64,000 nt of DNA from Eukaryota sp. GEM-RC1. Its lineage: Eukaryota. Both the position numbers and the translations under genes were made by a program. The notes beneath the pieces are model-generated. The model had not been told where the DNA came from, did not search any database, and saw only the letters and a program-made list of their open reading frames with translations. The stretch is from contig JAUFOQ010000006.1 in NCBI GenBank assembly GCA_040285855.1, positions 1,178,001-1,242,000 on the forward strand, given 5' to 3'. Below are positions 37,061 to 49,472 of the stretch, in pieces (the stretch's first letter is position 1; each line of letters starts with the position of its first letter).

Positions 37061-38318
37061 ATTTCCCACCCAGAATATATACATCACTTGGAGTAGCTCT
37101 TCAATATTTTTGAGGATAATCTGTCAAAATTTTAAGTTAGTGGAGAAGGAATTAACCTGGCAGATCATTAGGAAGGATCGTGATTAACTACACTTTAATT
37201 AATAAGAAGGAACGTTTGTTAACATCTTTACCTACCCATAAATGTGAAGAATTACACAAACAAAAAATATTTTATAACATCAAAACAACAACCATTACTT
37301 CATAAGATTCTAACTCCATAATGGTGCACGAAAAACGTATAGTGTTGCACCTATACTAAGTGTTGCAGTAATAACTTGCCCTCTACTCCAGATATTGTAG
37401 AAAATGGGGGATTTGCGACAAGAAAAAGTGGTTCACTTTACGTGAAGAGTAGACAAATTGAATTTTCTTAAATTCAACGCTTCGATGATTTTATTTGCTA
37501 TTTTGGAACAGTTCCGAATCATTTGAACAACTGAATGTGAATGTAGTATTCTATTGATCGAAAGTTCAATAAGGAGCGACAGTTTTGTATTATTTACGGA
37601 TTGTTTATGTCACATGAAGTTTTCCACGTATTTGTAGTACAAATTTCGTACCATTAGGAGCCTTCCTTCATTACTTGTTGATCGTCGTAGAGCTTAAAGG
37701 TCAGCAATTGGACTAAGTTTTAATTAAAATAGATAGAAATAAACAATGTATGTTGTATTTGAACAGTTTGAGTGGTAATGTTGACCAGATTAGATGACGT
37801 ACGTAGAACAGGTTGAGAAACAAATGTTCTACAGCATTGTTTTTTCAAATTGTTTTTTTAAGTCGATGGAAAGCTAAGTTGATTCCAGAAGTAGGTATGT
37901 TAACCATTGCCAACCATCTTTGACCACTTTTTTATTTTTAAAGAAGGAGGGAAAGAAATACAAGAACATATGTAAGTATGAAAACACTAAATTAACACGA
38001 GAAGTAAAGCTTCCAAGAGGTAGTGGACACGGGCTCAATTGTACAACCACATCCATCACGAGCAACTCCATCACCTCCAAGCTGGACAACTGCTGTCCTC
38101 TGATTTCCGACATAGGTTAGTGAAGAAAAAGTTCCTGTACTGGCTGCGTTGGACCACGTCATTGATGGAATTTGTTTTGGTGGGCGTGTTTCCCACCTTC
38201 CATCTATGGTTCGAAATGTCTGTAGTTCAGAGGATAAATTGAACGATTGTGTAGCTGAACTTGATACACAGTACATTGGGAGAGTACAAGAATGCACAAG
38301 ACACACAGTATATAGAAG

Positions 38319-38864
38319 CAGGCTTGTAAAAACGTTGCTCAAAAATAAAAAACGAAGTTTTTTACGTTTTTTACGTTTTTTTCGAATTTAATAAAAAACG
38401 TTCAAAAAGGGCAGATCAACTTTTTCAACTTTTCACTTTTTTCTCACTTCATTTTCATCAACCAAATCTTTTATTGTTCGATCATTGCAGCTATGTTCTT
38501 TTGAGATTGGAAGGATAATGCCAAAAGATAAAGTACAGTGTTCATCTGGCGATGATCACGTGGTCAGGACGGGAAGATAACAAGGTGTATTCAACAAGAA
38601 CACTGTTCGAGTGCACCTGAATGTCGTTTCACTCAGATACAGAACCAGAGACCATGTGTTGTACCTGCAATGGTATCACCAACAAATATTCTTGTGTTGT
38701 TTCAGTCTTTCTTGGTCAGAAACAACATACATGACATAACACCTATCACATTAAGACACAAATGGAGTAGAAAGTCGTGGTTTTTGTGTCAATTCAGAAT
38801 ATAAAATACGTTGACAAGAATAAAAAACTTCGTTTTAAACGTTTTTTATCAAGTGACAAGCCTG
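38319..38864. mobile_element. Non-autonomous hAT-like element, 546 bp
   Basis: TIR CAGGCTTGT/ACAAGCCTG; 8-bp TSD TATAGAAG; AAAAACG subterminal repeats. Confidence 0.85.
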
Positions 38865-38872
38865 TATAGAAG

Positions 38873-38971
38873 CAGTGAACGCTAACACGTGCAAAATCGT
38901 TTCTAACACGTGTTAACACGTGTTAACACGCGTGTTACGTGTTAGGACGTGTTACGTGTTAGCGTTCACTG
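38873..38971. mobile_element. 99-bp hAT-like MITE built from TAACACG repeats
   Basis: TIR CAGTGAACGCTAACACGT; 8-bp TSD TATAGAAG; same family as 59900-60253. Confidence 0.9.
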
Positions 38972-39189
38972 TATAGAAGCACATGATGGAAGCAAAAACT
39001 GGAAAATGAGTTTCCCTGATTGAATCATACTGCTCTAATAGGTAATTCATCAATAAAGAACATCAGTACAACAACGCACAGAGTTCTCTAACTGAAAACA
39101 AAGTTCCGTTGTTGTAGTTACAAGTCAACCTCTTCTTTTTTTCAAAATGTTCTTTTTATGGAACGAAAACACTAAGATAAACACAAATA

Positions 39190-40240
39190 TCAGAATTCAA
39201 TATAATTAAAGCAACAATCATGCCATTAAAACTCACAACAGCTTTTTCTTCATAAAAAACACTGAGAGCTAATAGAGCTTTATAGAAATCATGATAGGAA
39301 TTGTTTTAAATATCGTAAAAACAATACGATTCAACCAAAACTTGAAATCAAATTCAGTATTAAAGCTTGAACTTTAAAACATCGTATTAGCTTGGCTAAA
39401 ATCGAGAGGTCCGCTTTTTGTGCTTTTTTTGAAAGACATTTCCAGTGAAGCTTCTACTTTGATTACTCGATATCCTCAAAGATGCAGCTGCAACTTAAAT
39501 GATCATGAATGGCTTATCAACATTCGTTTGAAGTTAGGTTTATAGCCTGTTGGTCTCCTTCAAAAGTCTACCTGTGTGTGTGGTTCTTCTTTAGCCTCTT
39601 TCCATCATGTGGTCAACTGTCATAAGTTTATTTATTTAAGATCAATTATTCACAACAGTTTATGTGATCAATCTTTAGAAATTGTTTAAGAGCAATGGTT
39701 TTCATGGGAAAATTGACCCAGTGTTAAATACTTTGTCGGACTCATTTATGAGAGATAAGAGCAGCGGTGATTTGATTGGTTCTTGGTTGTTTTTTCCAGA
39801 AATAATTATGGACTTTACTACGGTTGATCCTTGTAACTCAGCTGCTGTTAACAAAATTTTAGACGAAAACTATTCAGCTCTTGAAATGGCTGAAAGGATA
39901 AAATTAGATCGTTATGGCGAATAAATTTCCAAGAAGAATTCTCGCCGTCACAAGCCTTTTGTTTTCCATCCTTTGCTACTTCTCTTTATGGAACGTTTGG
40001 TTTCTACAGTCAACATCTTCTCACAGATTTTGGCAAATTGTGCAAGCAGTATGGAAAGAATTTTAATGAAAGTTACTGTAGAGGAAGGTTGTCGTTTTGT
40101 CTTTTCAAAGCATTGATTAGGTATTTTGATTCGATTTTGAACCGTCTCTTTGTGTTGAGACATGAATTTGAGATGATGTAGAGGAACTTGTATCTCATTT
40201 GTTAATATTGATGATAGTTCGTATTTGTATGAGTAAATAA
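39190..40240. mobile_element. CRE-like fragments: family E 3' end (-, ~39190-39352) and family H (+, ~39362-40240)
   Basis: E matches 48600-48750; H matches 57560-58145. DFTTVDPCN motif; multiple stops. Confidence 0.8.
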
Positions 40241-40484
40241 AAGGCGTTTTTTATAGTAGGAGGATCCATACTTTAATCTCAGCTATTTTTGTATCATAGA
40301 AGACGATCTGTCATTTCTTCGAATTTGGACAAATCAAAGAAATCAGCGATTTGAGAACAAATCAGCTTAAAAACACTGCAGAGTGGATGATAAGCTTTTT
40401 TGATGTAAGGCTAAAAATATGAATCAGCTGCATGCTATTGCAAATCGTAAAAGATTTCTTGCAACATCATTCTAGTTCACCTCA

Positions 40485-41964
40485 ATGCGTATCATCATTC
40501 TAGTTTTCCTTGCGATCCTCGCCACTGTTGTTTCAGCAGATGCTCTGTCTGTAAACAATAAGTATTTCGATGCTGTACCACATTATTTGGGTACGGCTCG
40601 TGATGGAAAATCCGTCTCCTTCAGCGCCAAATGCTTCAAACTCACCACTGTCACCATGATTATTGGCGACAATTACGCTGACATCAACATCCGTTCTGAA
40701 AAGGCCGACCACATGACTTGCGCCGATTGGTTCCTCTTATCTAATGGAAAGACCTTCAAACTAAAAAGCGCTTTCCGAAAGGGGAGATCACAAGTTTACC
40801 ATCGACCTCACACCCGAAGAAGTTTCCCTCACCAGAGCTGCCGGCCTTCACCTCTTCCAAATCTCTCTCAACGTTATCGATTACATCCGCGATGTTGTTG
40901 AACTCTACGCCGTCGTCAAAAACGGAGATCCTTCCGCTGTTAAGAAACTCGTCGAAGATCAAATGGGTTTTAGATATCAAGAACGTGAAGTCGGCTGGAT
41001 TGAACCTGACCTCATCGAACCTTATGTCAACTCCGGAGATCTCATTTCTGTCCTCAAGTTCAACGATGTGGAAGCCATCATTATGTCCGCGACTCTCTCC
41101 CGTGCTGGTCACACCGCCCAATTCCTTCGTGATCCTGATACCAACAAGCTCTATGTCGTCGAGGCTCAGCCAGAAGGTGGATGGATGGGTGGAAACGTTT
41201 TCAGAACTCCTTTCAACGACTGGATGCGTGCTCTGATTAACGGTTCTTTCGATAACTGTAATCCTGACATTTGCCACGCTGTATGGCTCCCCCTAACTGA
41301 CCAAGCACGTTCTCACTTTGATGAAAGAAAAGCTTGGGAATACTTCTTAGTAGCTGAAGCTAAATATCCTTATAGTTCCTTTGCTGAAGCCTTTAGTGGA
41401 ATCGATTCAGTTGATCCTCATAGTTGGGCATATCCTCTGTCTCCCGCGCTTTTGCCTTTTGTCGGTGTTTTAGCTGATACGCTGTTCCCAGAAGCTAGGG
41501 ACATGTATCTCTTGAAAGGGTTTGAAAAGAGGTTGGGTGTAAAAGAAGGATATTTCAAGTCATTTGCCGAGATTCTTGAATACTGTAATGATCGTCAACT
41601 TGATATTGTTGAGATTGCTGTTCAACCTGAAATGGACCACTGGACTTACGGAGGTTACCCTTCATTGCAATGTTCCTCTCTTGCAGCTGCAATTCTGAAG
41701 GCAGGAGGAGTATTTGATGGGTTAACTGGGGGGAAAGGACATTTAGTTCAGGCTACTGAGTTTACTCCTCGAGATATTTATCAGCTAGGAATCTTTAGAG
41801 AAGGACGACCAGCTGTTTGTGATGTGGATGATTTGCCTTACTGCCAAATTCTAGGAAAGAACAAGGTCGAGTTGGTTGGGTGGAACTCCGTCTTCCCATA
41901 TCCCACCATGAATGAACGCTGTTTTATTAATCCAGTTTTGCCCAGAACTCCAGACATGTGTTAA
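40485..41964 (+). CDS. Secreted protein with permuted papain-like (NlpC/P60-type) motifs; extra G at 40781-40784
   Basis: Signal peptide MRIIILVFLAILATVVSA. Removing one G joins the two ORFs into 492 aa. SGDLI..GHTA (His) precedes QCSSLAA (Cys); QATEFTPRDIY and PYCQILG follow. Confidence 0.75.
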
Positions 41965-42109
41965 AAATCATGTATATGTGTAGAAATTTATTGCTTTAGA
42001 TTGATTGTCATCATTATAAATATGTTCAATAACTTAGTTATATATGTCACACTATCTTATTTCAAACTCAATGACTTTTAGTAAGGGTCTAATACTGAAG
42101 AATAATATG

Positions 42110-42182
42110 TAGTGTTGCGCGAAACGCATCCGAAACGTCAATACGTTTCCACAGGAATTTTGACACGTTTCGTGCAACACTG
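42110..42182. mobile_element. Possible 73-bp hAT-like mini-MITE
   Basis: TAGTGTTGCGCGAAACG / CGTTTCGTGCAACACTG inverted repeats (15/17); the candidate TSD matches only 5/8. Confidence 0.45.
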
Positions 42183-42286
42183 TGAATATCACTCTACTGG
42201 TATACTAGTATTTAAAATAAACGGATTTATATGGATCTTAGGCGAAAAACAAACAACAAACAAACAACAAATAAATACAGACTATT

Positions 42287-44350
42287 CAAAACAACGGGGT
42301 TTATGATCAATCAGTGAAATACATGCTTTCGCAGAGAATAATAACAAACAGACACTAAACTAAAGCATTTATTTCACTGACTGATCATAAACCCCGTTTT
42401 TAACTAAAGTGTCTAAACTATGATCCTTCAAATACAATTATATTCGGTATTTAATAAGGTAACCATCCTACAAAACTATGAAATTGCAAAAACAAACAAG
42501 ATACTTAGATTAAATGCAAACGACTTCAACACCACCCGGTAAAAGATTACGTTTGAACAGCGAAAGTTTTCAAATTATGCGGATGTTTAAGAAGCTTAGT
42601 GAAAATCTATATTCTAAGTTTTCATTTGTTACATTTGCAATTTCAACTTTTGGTAATATTGGTCCAACCAGTTTAAAGTTTTTCAGTGATTTTAGTCTTT
42701 TATGTCGTTCTAATAGCAAGGTGTTTAATAGAGCTGTGTGGATTAATCGAATTATGTTTGCTCTATATAGAAGCATTCCCAAGTATTTTAGTTCCATTTA
42801 TTCCAAGTTGTATAGGGATTATTCTCGTGTTGATGATGCAAATTTAACTTCTTTCATTTTCTGAATTAGTATGTATTGATCTATTGTTGCAAATAGACTC
42901 TTTACGTTTTTCAACATTAACCCACACCAAACTTGTACAAATATATATCAATTAATCGAAAGGATTAGAAATGCATGTTCCGATATTAGGAAAACACTAC
43001 ACGGTTTTTCCATTCAGCCATTCTAAACTTACGCTTCTTTTCCTCACAAAGTTTTTCCGTGCAGGACTGATCGATCCAAAAAGAGAAACAACAAAAGATT
43101 GAAACAGTATTTGGAATACGAGTTACGATTTAATTCTTCTACTTGAGAGTCATACTTGGAGTGTTTGAGCTTTTCTGCAGCTTTTCAAAACCTATCTGCT
43201 GACATTTGGAACAAGAGTTTTCCTAAGTCAATCTCTTCCATTCCTGATAGGTCAATCGAGTTTCTACATTTATCTGTGGTAAAATTGCTCAATTGTGTTT
43301 TACATGGCTTAGAAGACTTGGATTTTTCTAAACGTCTTAGTGTTACTAAGGTAAATAATCCCGTCTTTGCTGCTTTTCTTTTGGATTTAAAGAAATGTTC
43401 ATCGTTTATTACTCAACAGCCTAGGCCTTATGGTCTTCATTTCAATAATGAGGCTTGGAAACTTAACATGCATCTTCGCTTAGGTCTGTTTCCATCTGAA
43501 TTGTTAGCTAATATTATGTGTTGTTGTGAAAAGAGACCAAAAGCTGACTTCAGACACATTGTTAGTTGCAAAAAATTTCTTCAGTTTAGATCGATTATAC
43601 ACAATGCTGTTCGTGACGTTACGTATCAAATGTTTAAATGTCATGGGTTTAATGGGAAAATCGAACCTCTTCTTAAGCATTATAGTGATGATAATATTAC
43701 GAATTCTCGACGAGGTGATCTCATTGTTCCATATCTTGATTCTTGTCAAGCTGTAATAGATTTTACTACTGTTGATCCATGTGCTAAAGTATATTTGAAT
43801 TCAGTTTCGAGTGATACTGAAAATCATTTACCCAAAGCTGAAAAAAGAAAAATTAGTACATATTCTGACACAATGATCAAACTGAACTCCAATTTGTATT
43901 CTTCTTTTAAGTTCATTCCTTTTGCTATTTCAATTCTTGGTAATATTGGAATTGCTGCTGAAAATTTCTTTGGTGCCTTTTCTAAGTTGTGTCGTGACCA
44001 TAGGAAAAATTTTAATCAGTCTCTTTGGCGCAATCGCATTGTTTTTTCCTTATATAGAAGTTTCCCAAAGTATTTGAATCGTATTCTGGACAAATTGTAT
44101 AGTTGTAGTTCAAGAGTAGATCTGCATCATTTAATGTCTTTTAAGTACTAGTTGTTTGTATTTCGTTAATTTATAACATAAAACTTTTATTTTCTGCAGC
44201 TGTTAACGGATTAAAAGAAAATTCTAATATTCAACTAACACAAGATTTGTTACAAACATCGATAGTGGTAAAATCCATTAATGATTGACTCGATTTAAGC
44301 CACGGAGTTCCTCTGTTTTGATCAGTAAATTCATTTTCTGAAAGGTGATT
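42287..44350. mobile_element. Nested CRE-like cluster: D(-) containing D(+); C(-) containing A(+, 42555-42901) and B(+, 43183-44189)
   Basis: The host element sequence resumes after each insert. TSDs are AACTAAAG, TTACGTTT and TTTTCTGCAGCT. B keeps an open frame over ~1 kb. Confidence 0.9.
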
Positions 44351-44375
44351 TGATCTTTTTCAGAAACTAGACTAA

Positions 44376-45182
44376 ATGGGTAATTCTCAAAGTACTTACG
44401 AAGACGGTGAACGTAGAGTCACCATTCGTCCAGGCTTCTTCCAACGTTTAGTTCTAAACTCTATTCGTGACCAAGTTGATCATAACGATGAGTCTTTCAA
44501 TCGAATTATAGCTCAAAGACCGCGTAGATACAGACAACCTACTCGAACTGCTCTTCCCATTGATTTAGATGTTGTTTTAGACAAAACTGCAACAGAACTT
44601 CTTCCTACTGACAACCATAATAGATTTAGAATCCAGGTAAAGTTCAAGGCTAACCAACCTGGGACTCTTCGGATGTTCTTCGATGTCTATGTTGATTCCT
44701 CCAACTACCTCGCCCTAACTTCATCTGCCTCCTGTCAACCTCCCACCCAATCATTTGCTGTATCCTCTGACTTCCAGTACCTCTCTTCAGACCATTCATG
44801 TCTTTTTGCCCCTTTAGTTAAAGCTTCTTCAGGAGATGAGGAGCGACATTTCCCCTTAGCATTAATGTTCTCGACAGCAGATCAAACTTTGTACTTCTTC
44901 TACGTTGTTCGTTCCAACAGTCTATCCTTGGTGAAATGCAATCTAATTTATCAAGACAAAGTCTACAATCTTCAAGAACTATACGGTTTTAAAGATTCTG
45001 AAACCGACGATGGTCTGTGTGCTATTTGTTTGTATGAACATAGAAACACGACACTTCTTCCATGTCGTCACTCTTCAGTTTGCATGGATTGTGCAACTCA
45101 ATTGAGGAGGACTTCCAACAAGTGTCCTATCTGTAGAGTCTATATTGAAGGTTTAGTTAAGATTGATGGTACTCCTCTTTAG
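44376..45182 (+). CDS. MGRN1/RNF157/LOG2-like RING E3 ligase
   Basis: MGNSQS myristoylation motif; YNLQELYG followed by CAIC..LLPCRHSSVCMDCA..CPICR. Confidence 0.85.
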   Translation: MGNSQSTYEDGERRVTIRPGFFQRLVLNSIRDQVDHNDESFNRIIAQRPRRYRQPTRTALPIDLDVVLDKTATELLPTDNHNRFRIQVKFKANQPGTLRMFFDVYVDSSNYLALTSSASCQPPTQSFAVSSDFQYLSSDHSCLFAPLVKASSGDEERHFPLALMFSTADQTLYFFYVVRSNSLSLVKCNLIYQDKVYNLQELYGFKDSETDDGLCAICLYEHRNTTLLPCRHSSVCMDCATQLRRTSNKCPICRVYIEGLVKIDGTPL

Positions 45183-45679
45183 AAAAGTTTTTGTTTTGTC
45201 TTTTTGATTTCGTGTTTTTGTATATACTTGTGTATTGGTTGCTCCTGATATTGGTTTTATTGCGTTGATTGTTTTATTTGGTTCAAGTTCTTGAGCTCTT
45301 CTTCGATACAATCAGGTCAAAACTATTGCTTTTATTCACACTGTTACTATAAGTCAGAAAACAACTTCAAAATTAAATACAAATACTCGATACTGAAGTT
45401 TCGAAAGGTATTTCAGACATCCGACGAGGTTTAAATTGCAAAACATTTTACAGTATATGATGTAATTTGTGTTTTGAATGAAATGCATCTAGAATCACTT
45501 CCCTGTTCTGTTGGAACAATCTTGCGATTATTTCCAAACACCTATCGAAAAAAAAAGAAAAGTGCAGAGTAATACACATTGTATAGTTTATAACTTCTCA
45601 ACTACTATTTTAAATCACGGCTATTGTGATTTGGAACTATTGGACCATTCAAGGTTTCGTTAGCAATCAAAATTAACAA

Positions 45680-46631
45680 GATTGGTACATATTCTGACAC
45701 AATGAACAAACTGAATTCCGATTTGTATTCTTCTTTGAAGTTCATTCCTTTTGCTATTTCAATTCTTGGTAATACTGGAAGTGCTGCTGAAAATTTCTTT
45801 GATGCTTTTTCAAAATTGTGACGTGATCATAGGAAAAATTTTAGTCAGACACTTTGGCGCAATCGCATTGTTTTTTCTTTATTTAGAAAAGTTAAGTTCT
45901 ATAACTTATGTGCGGAGAAAAACACACAACAAGAAAACAACAAATAAATAAACACTATTAAAACAAATTATCAAACGAACTACCTAATTCCGAAAAGTAG
46001 TTGCCTCCAAACAACTTGGACAAAATGGAATCAACATATCTATACATAGATCTAAAAATGGAAAAAGCAAATTTACTGTTCCAGTACGATCTGTTAAACT
46101 TCTGGCCAAATTCTGAACACAAATTTTCAAATTAAATTAAAAACTCCTTGGTAGAAGAGCCGAAAATTGCGTACAAGGAAACTGCAAAAGGCTGAAAGAC
46201 GATATTATTGTGTCTTCGTGAATTCAATGCATCAACTTGATGTGCGTACTTAGACACTTTTGCGTTCTCAGCGTCTTTCAGTGGATCATTTGAAGTATTC
46301 AAAATATTTGCAATAGCTGAAGCTTTACAAGGATCAACAGTCGTAAAATCAACAACAATTTCTAAGTGTCAGAATATATATCAATCTTTCTTTTTCAGCT
46401 TTGGACAAATGATTTTCGGAGTCACACGAAACTGAATTCAAATATACTTTTGCACATGGACCAACAGTAGTAAAATCTATCACTGCTTGACAAGAATCAA
46501 GATATGGAACAATGAGATCACCTCGTCGAGAATTGGTAATTCTATCATCACTATGATGCTTAAAAAGAGGTTCGATTTTCGCATTAAACCCATGACATTT
46601 AAACATTTCATACGTAACGTCACGAACTGCA
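45680..46631. mobile_element. CRE-like fragments: B(+, ~45680-45885), family I (-, ~45940-46362), B(-, ~46367-46631)
   Basis: B pieces match 43850-44052 and 43605-43870; family I has DFTTVDPCK and FQPFAVSLY on the minus strand. Confidence 0.8.
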
Positions 46632-47084
46632 CATATAGATAAGGATAAATAAAATGTGGGAAAGTAAACTTCATTGATATACATAGTACATGAGTTGATT
46701 TAGTGCTCAAGGTTGTTGATTGACTTGAAACGTGATGTGTGAAAGAGTCAGGTTCAGCCAAAAATCAAAGTTGAGACATTCTTCCTCAAACTTTGCCATT
46801 ATAATGTCGAACCTAACCGATGCAGACGAGCCTTTACCTGTGTTCTAAGCCAATACAACAACTAGATGCGGGCATATGATCAGTGAACGATTCTCATGTT
46901 CGTCCACGATTCTGAATATTGAACTAATGTTGAAGATCCACAGATCTATATGGAATGGCGAAGCAGAAAGTCTACTCACCTTTTTGACAAGAAGGGGCGA
47001 TCAAATGGATTGTGTATTCATCGAAAGTGACTGAGAGAAAACGTACTAATACAATATTTTGTTTTTATTTTGTTTTTATTATAT

Positions 47085-48392
47085 TTATTAGATCTTTACC
47101 ACCTGAGCCTTCTCTTGGTTTTGCTCGTGAGTTCAACTCTTTGAGAACTCCATTTTTAGGGAATTTGGTTGAAATCAATAGTTCCAAAATTCCTTATCAT
47201 GCCTTTTTCAGATCAAAATTTGGTGGTGTTGGTTTTTCAAGAGCTGAGTATTTATGTAAAAGTGATTTCGTTGGTGGTATGAAGAACTTTCTTTTGAGAG
47301 TAAGCTTCGGTTCGAAAATATTTTCGATTCACTTGTAGACGGCTCTTACGCTTTATTGAACTCTTTGGAGGACATAGTTCAAGGTTTGCCTATTGAAGTT
47401 TGGAACAAAAGTTTCCCGAAAAGTGTTTCATCTATTCCTGATCGGTCAATTGAATTTCTACCTCTTGCTGTAGTTAAGTTACAGAATGCTACATTACTTG
47501 GGTTGGAAGACTTGGATTTTAGTAAAAGACTTAGTGTGACTAAGATTGATAATCCCGTCTTTGCAGCTTTATTAGGTGACATTCAACAATGTTCTAGCTT
47601 CATCACTCAACAACCTAGACCTTTTGGTTTACATTTGAACAATGATGCTTGGAAACAAAATATGCGTCTTCGTTTAGGTTTATTCCCTTGTGGTTTGCTA
47701 AATAATTCGATCTGTGTTTGCGATAACCGATTTACAGCCACATTTCGTCATGTTGTTAGTTGCAAGAAATTTTTGCAATTTCGATCTGTTCTACATAATG
47801 CTGTTCGTGACGTTACCTATGAAATGTTCAAATCCTACAATTATAGTTGTAAAATTGAACCTCTTCTGAAACATTATAGTGACAATAACGTGTTTGATTC
47901 TCGGCGTGGTGACTTAATTGCTCCTTTCCTGGATTCATCTCAAGTTGTGGTTGATTTTACTACAGTTGACCCGTTTGCAAAAGTCTACCAAGACTCCATA
48001 TTGAATGATTCAAATGGTCATCTGGAAAAGGCTGAACAACGAAAGTGTTCAAATTATGCGGATGCTTTGCCTTTGCAGAAGCTTAATGAAAATCTATATT
48101 CTAAGTTTTTATTTGTTCCATTTGCTATTTCAATTTTTGGTAATATTGGTCCAGCTGGTTTAAAATTTTGCAGTGATTTTAGTCTTTTATGCCGTTCTAA
48201 TGGCAAGGTGTTTAATAGCGCTGTATGGATTAATCGAATTATGTTCGCTCTTTATAGAAGCATTCCCAAGTATTTATGTTCCATTTATTCGAAGTTGTAT
48301 AGGGACACTTCTCGTGTTGATGTGGAGAATTTAACTTCTTTCATTTTCTGAATTAGTATGTATTAATTTATTGTTGCAAATAAACTCTTTAT
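47085..48392 (+). mobile_element. CRE-like family A, longest 5'-truncated copy
   Basis: IRSLPP, FGGVGF, zinc knuckle and RLE motifs; ends VENLTSFIF* plus the shared 3' UTR. Confidence 0.88.
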
Positions 48393-48579
48393 ATATATTT
48401 ATTTCACATTTATTTTTTGGCACTTTTTGATGCTCAAATTATTTTAAATTATCTAATGAGAGGGCATGGATTTCTATCAAAGGGATGCATTTTTATCAAA
48501 GCCAGCACAAAAAAATATATTTCATTATATTGAATTCAAGAAAATTTTTTTTGTACTAGAGTTTATTATAAACGTAATA

Positions 48580-49372
48580 AATCAAACAACTAAAATTTGA
48601 TGTCATTAAAACAACACCCGTCGCTATCAAACCTTACAACAGCTTTGTCCTCATAAAAGGCACTCACTGCTAATAAAGCTTTGGAGATGATTAGGGGAAC
48701 TGTTTTAAAAACAGTAAAAACGATCCGATTCAACCATAACGTATGATCAAAACGTTTGTTCATCCTATTTTTTACGATTTTTCCGAAATCGTTTAAAAAA
48801 TTCAATGCATTTTTCCTAAACGTCCGTAAATTGAAACGGCAAAAGGGCATAATTCGTACTCAACATGTTTTACATGTTTTAAAGCCATCAATGGTTTTCT
48901 GTACTTATCCTGTTTGGCCTGTTCAGAAATGTCTAAAGGAGAAGTTTCAGACGAAGCGTTCTTTAAAGATGTCTTTTTACAAACATCCACTGACACTACA
49001 TCAACAACAAACAATTTGTCTGAAGAAGAAGGGACAACAACATCGGCTCTCCGTTTACCAAAAAATTGGTTCTGTTTTTCGACATTACAATTATTACTTG
49101 GTTCTAAAGATCTTAAAAGTGGTTCAACAAATGACTCAATTTTGTAAGACTTACACATAGCATGTATTTGATCTCTTACAGCATCATGCATACACGTTCG
49201 ATAAGTTATGTAGCGATTACAACTTAACAGATGAGAAAACGTTAATTGTTTTCCACAGCTACATTGAAGATCATTTGGCAAATTATATGGCCATAAATAA
49301 CAACGAAGTCTCATTGTAGTGGTCCATTGATGATCATTTAATAACAAACCATATACTTGTGGAATCAAGAAA
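48580..49372 (-). mobile_element. CRE-like family E, 5'-truncated
   Basis: CSCG..H..C, HDAVRD, VEP, RRADVV, VVDVVSVD and PFAVSIYG. Confidence 0.85.
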
Positions 49373-49472
49373 AAGAGAATTTAAAATAGTCGTTCATGGT
49401 GGTTATTGTTTCCTCGACAACTTCTTAAATCTCCAACGTCGTTGTATAAATACAATATTTAAAAATAAAAAA

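Noticed and set aside
37874..38342. Possible surface-protein gene beside the double hAT insertion
   Set aside because: The ORF start lies inside the transposon and no family is recognisable.
38873..38971. TAACACGTGT repeats as a CRISPR-like or telomeric array
   Set aside because: There are no unique spacers; TIRs and an 8-bp TSD identify a MITE.
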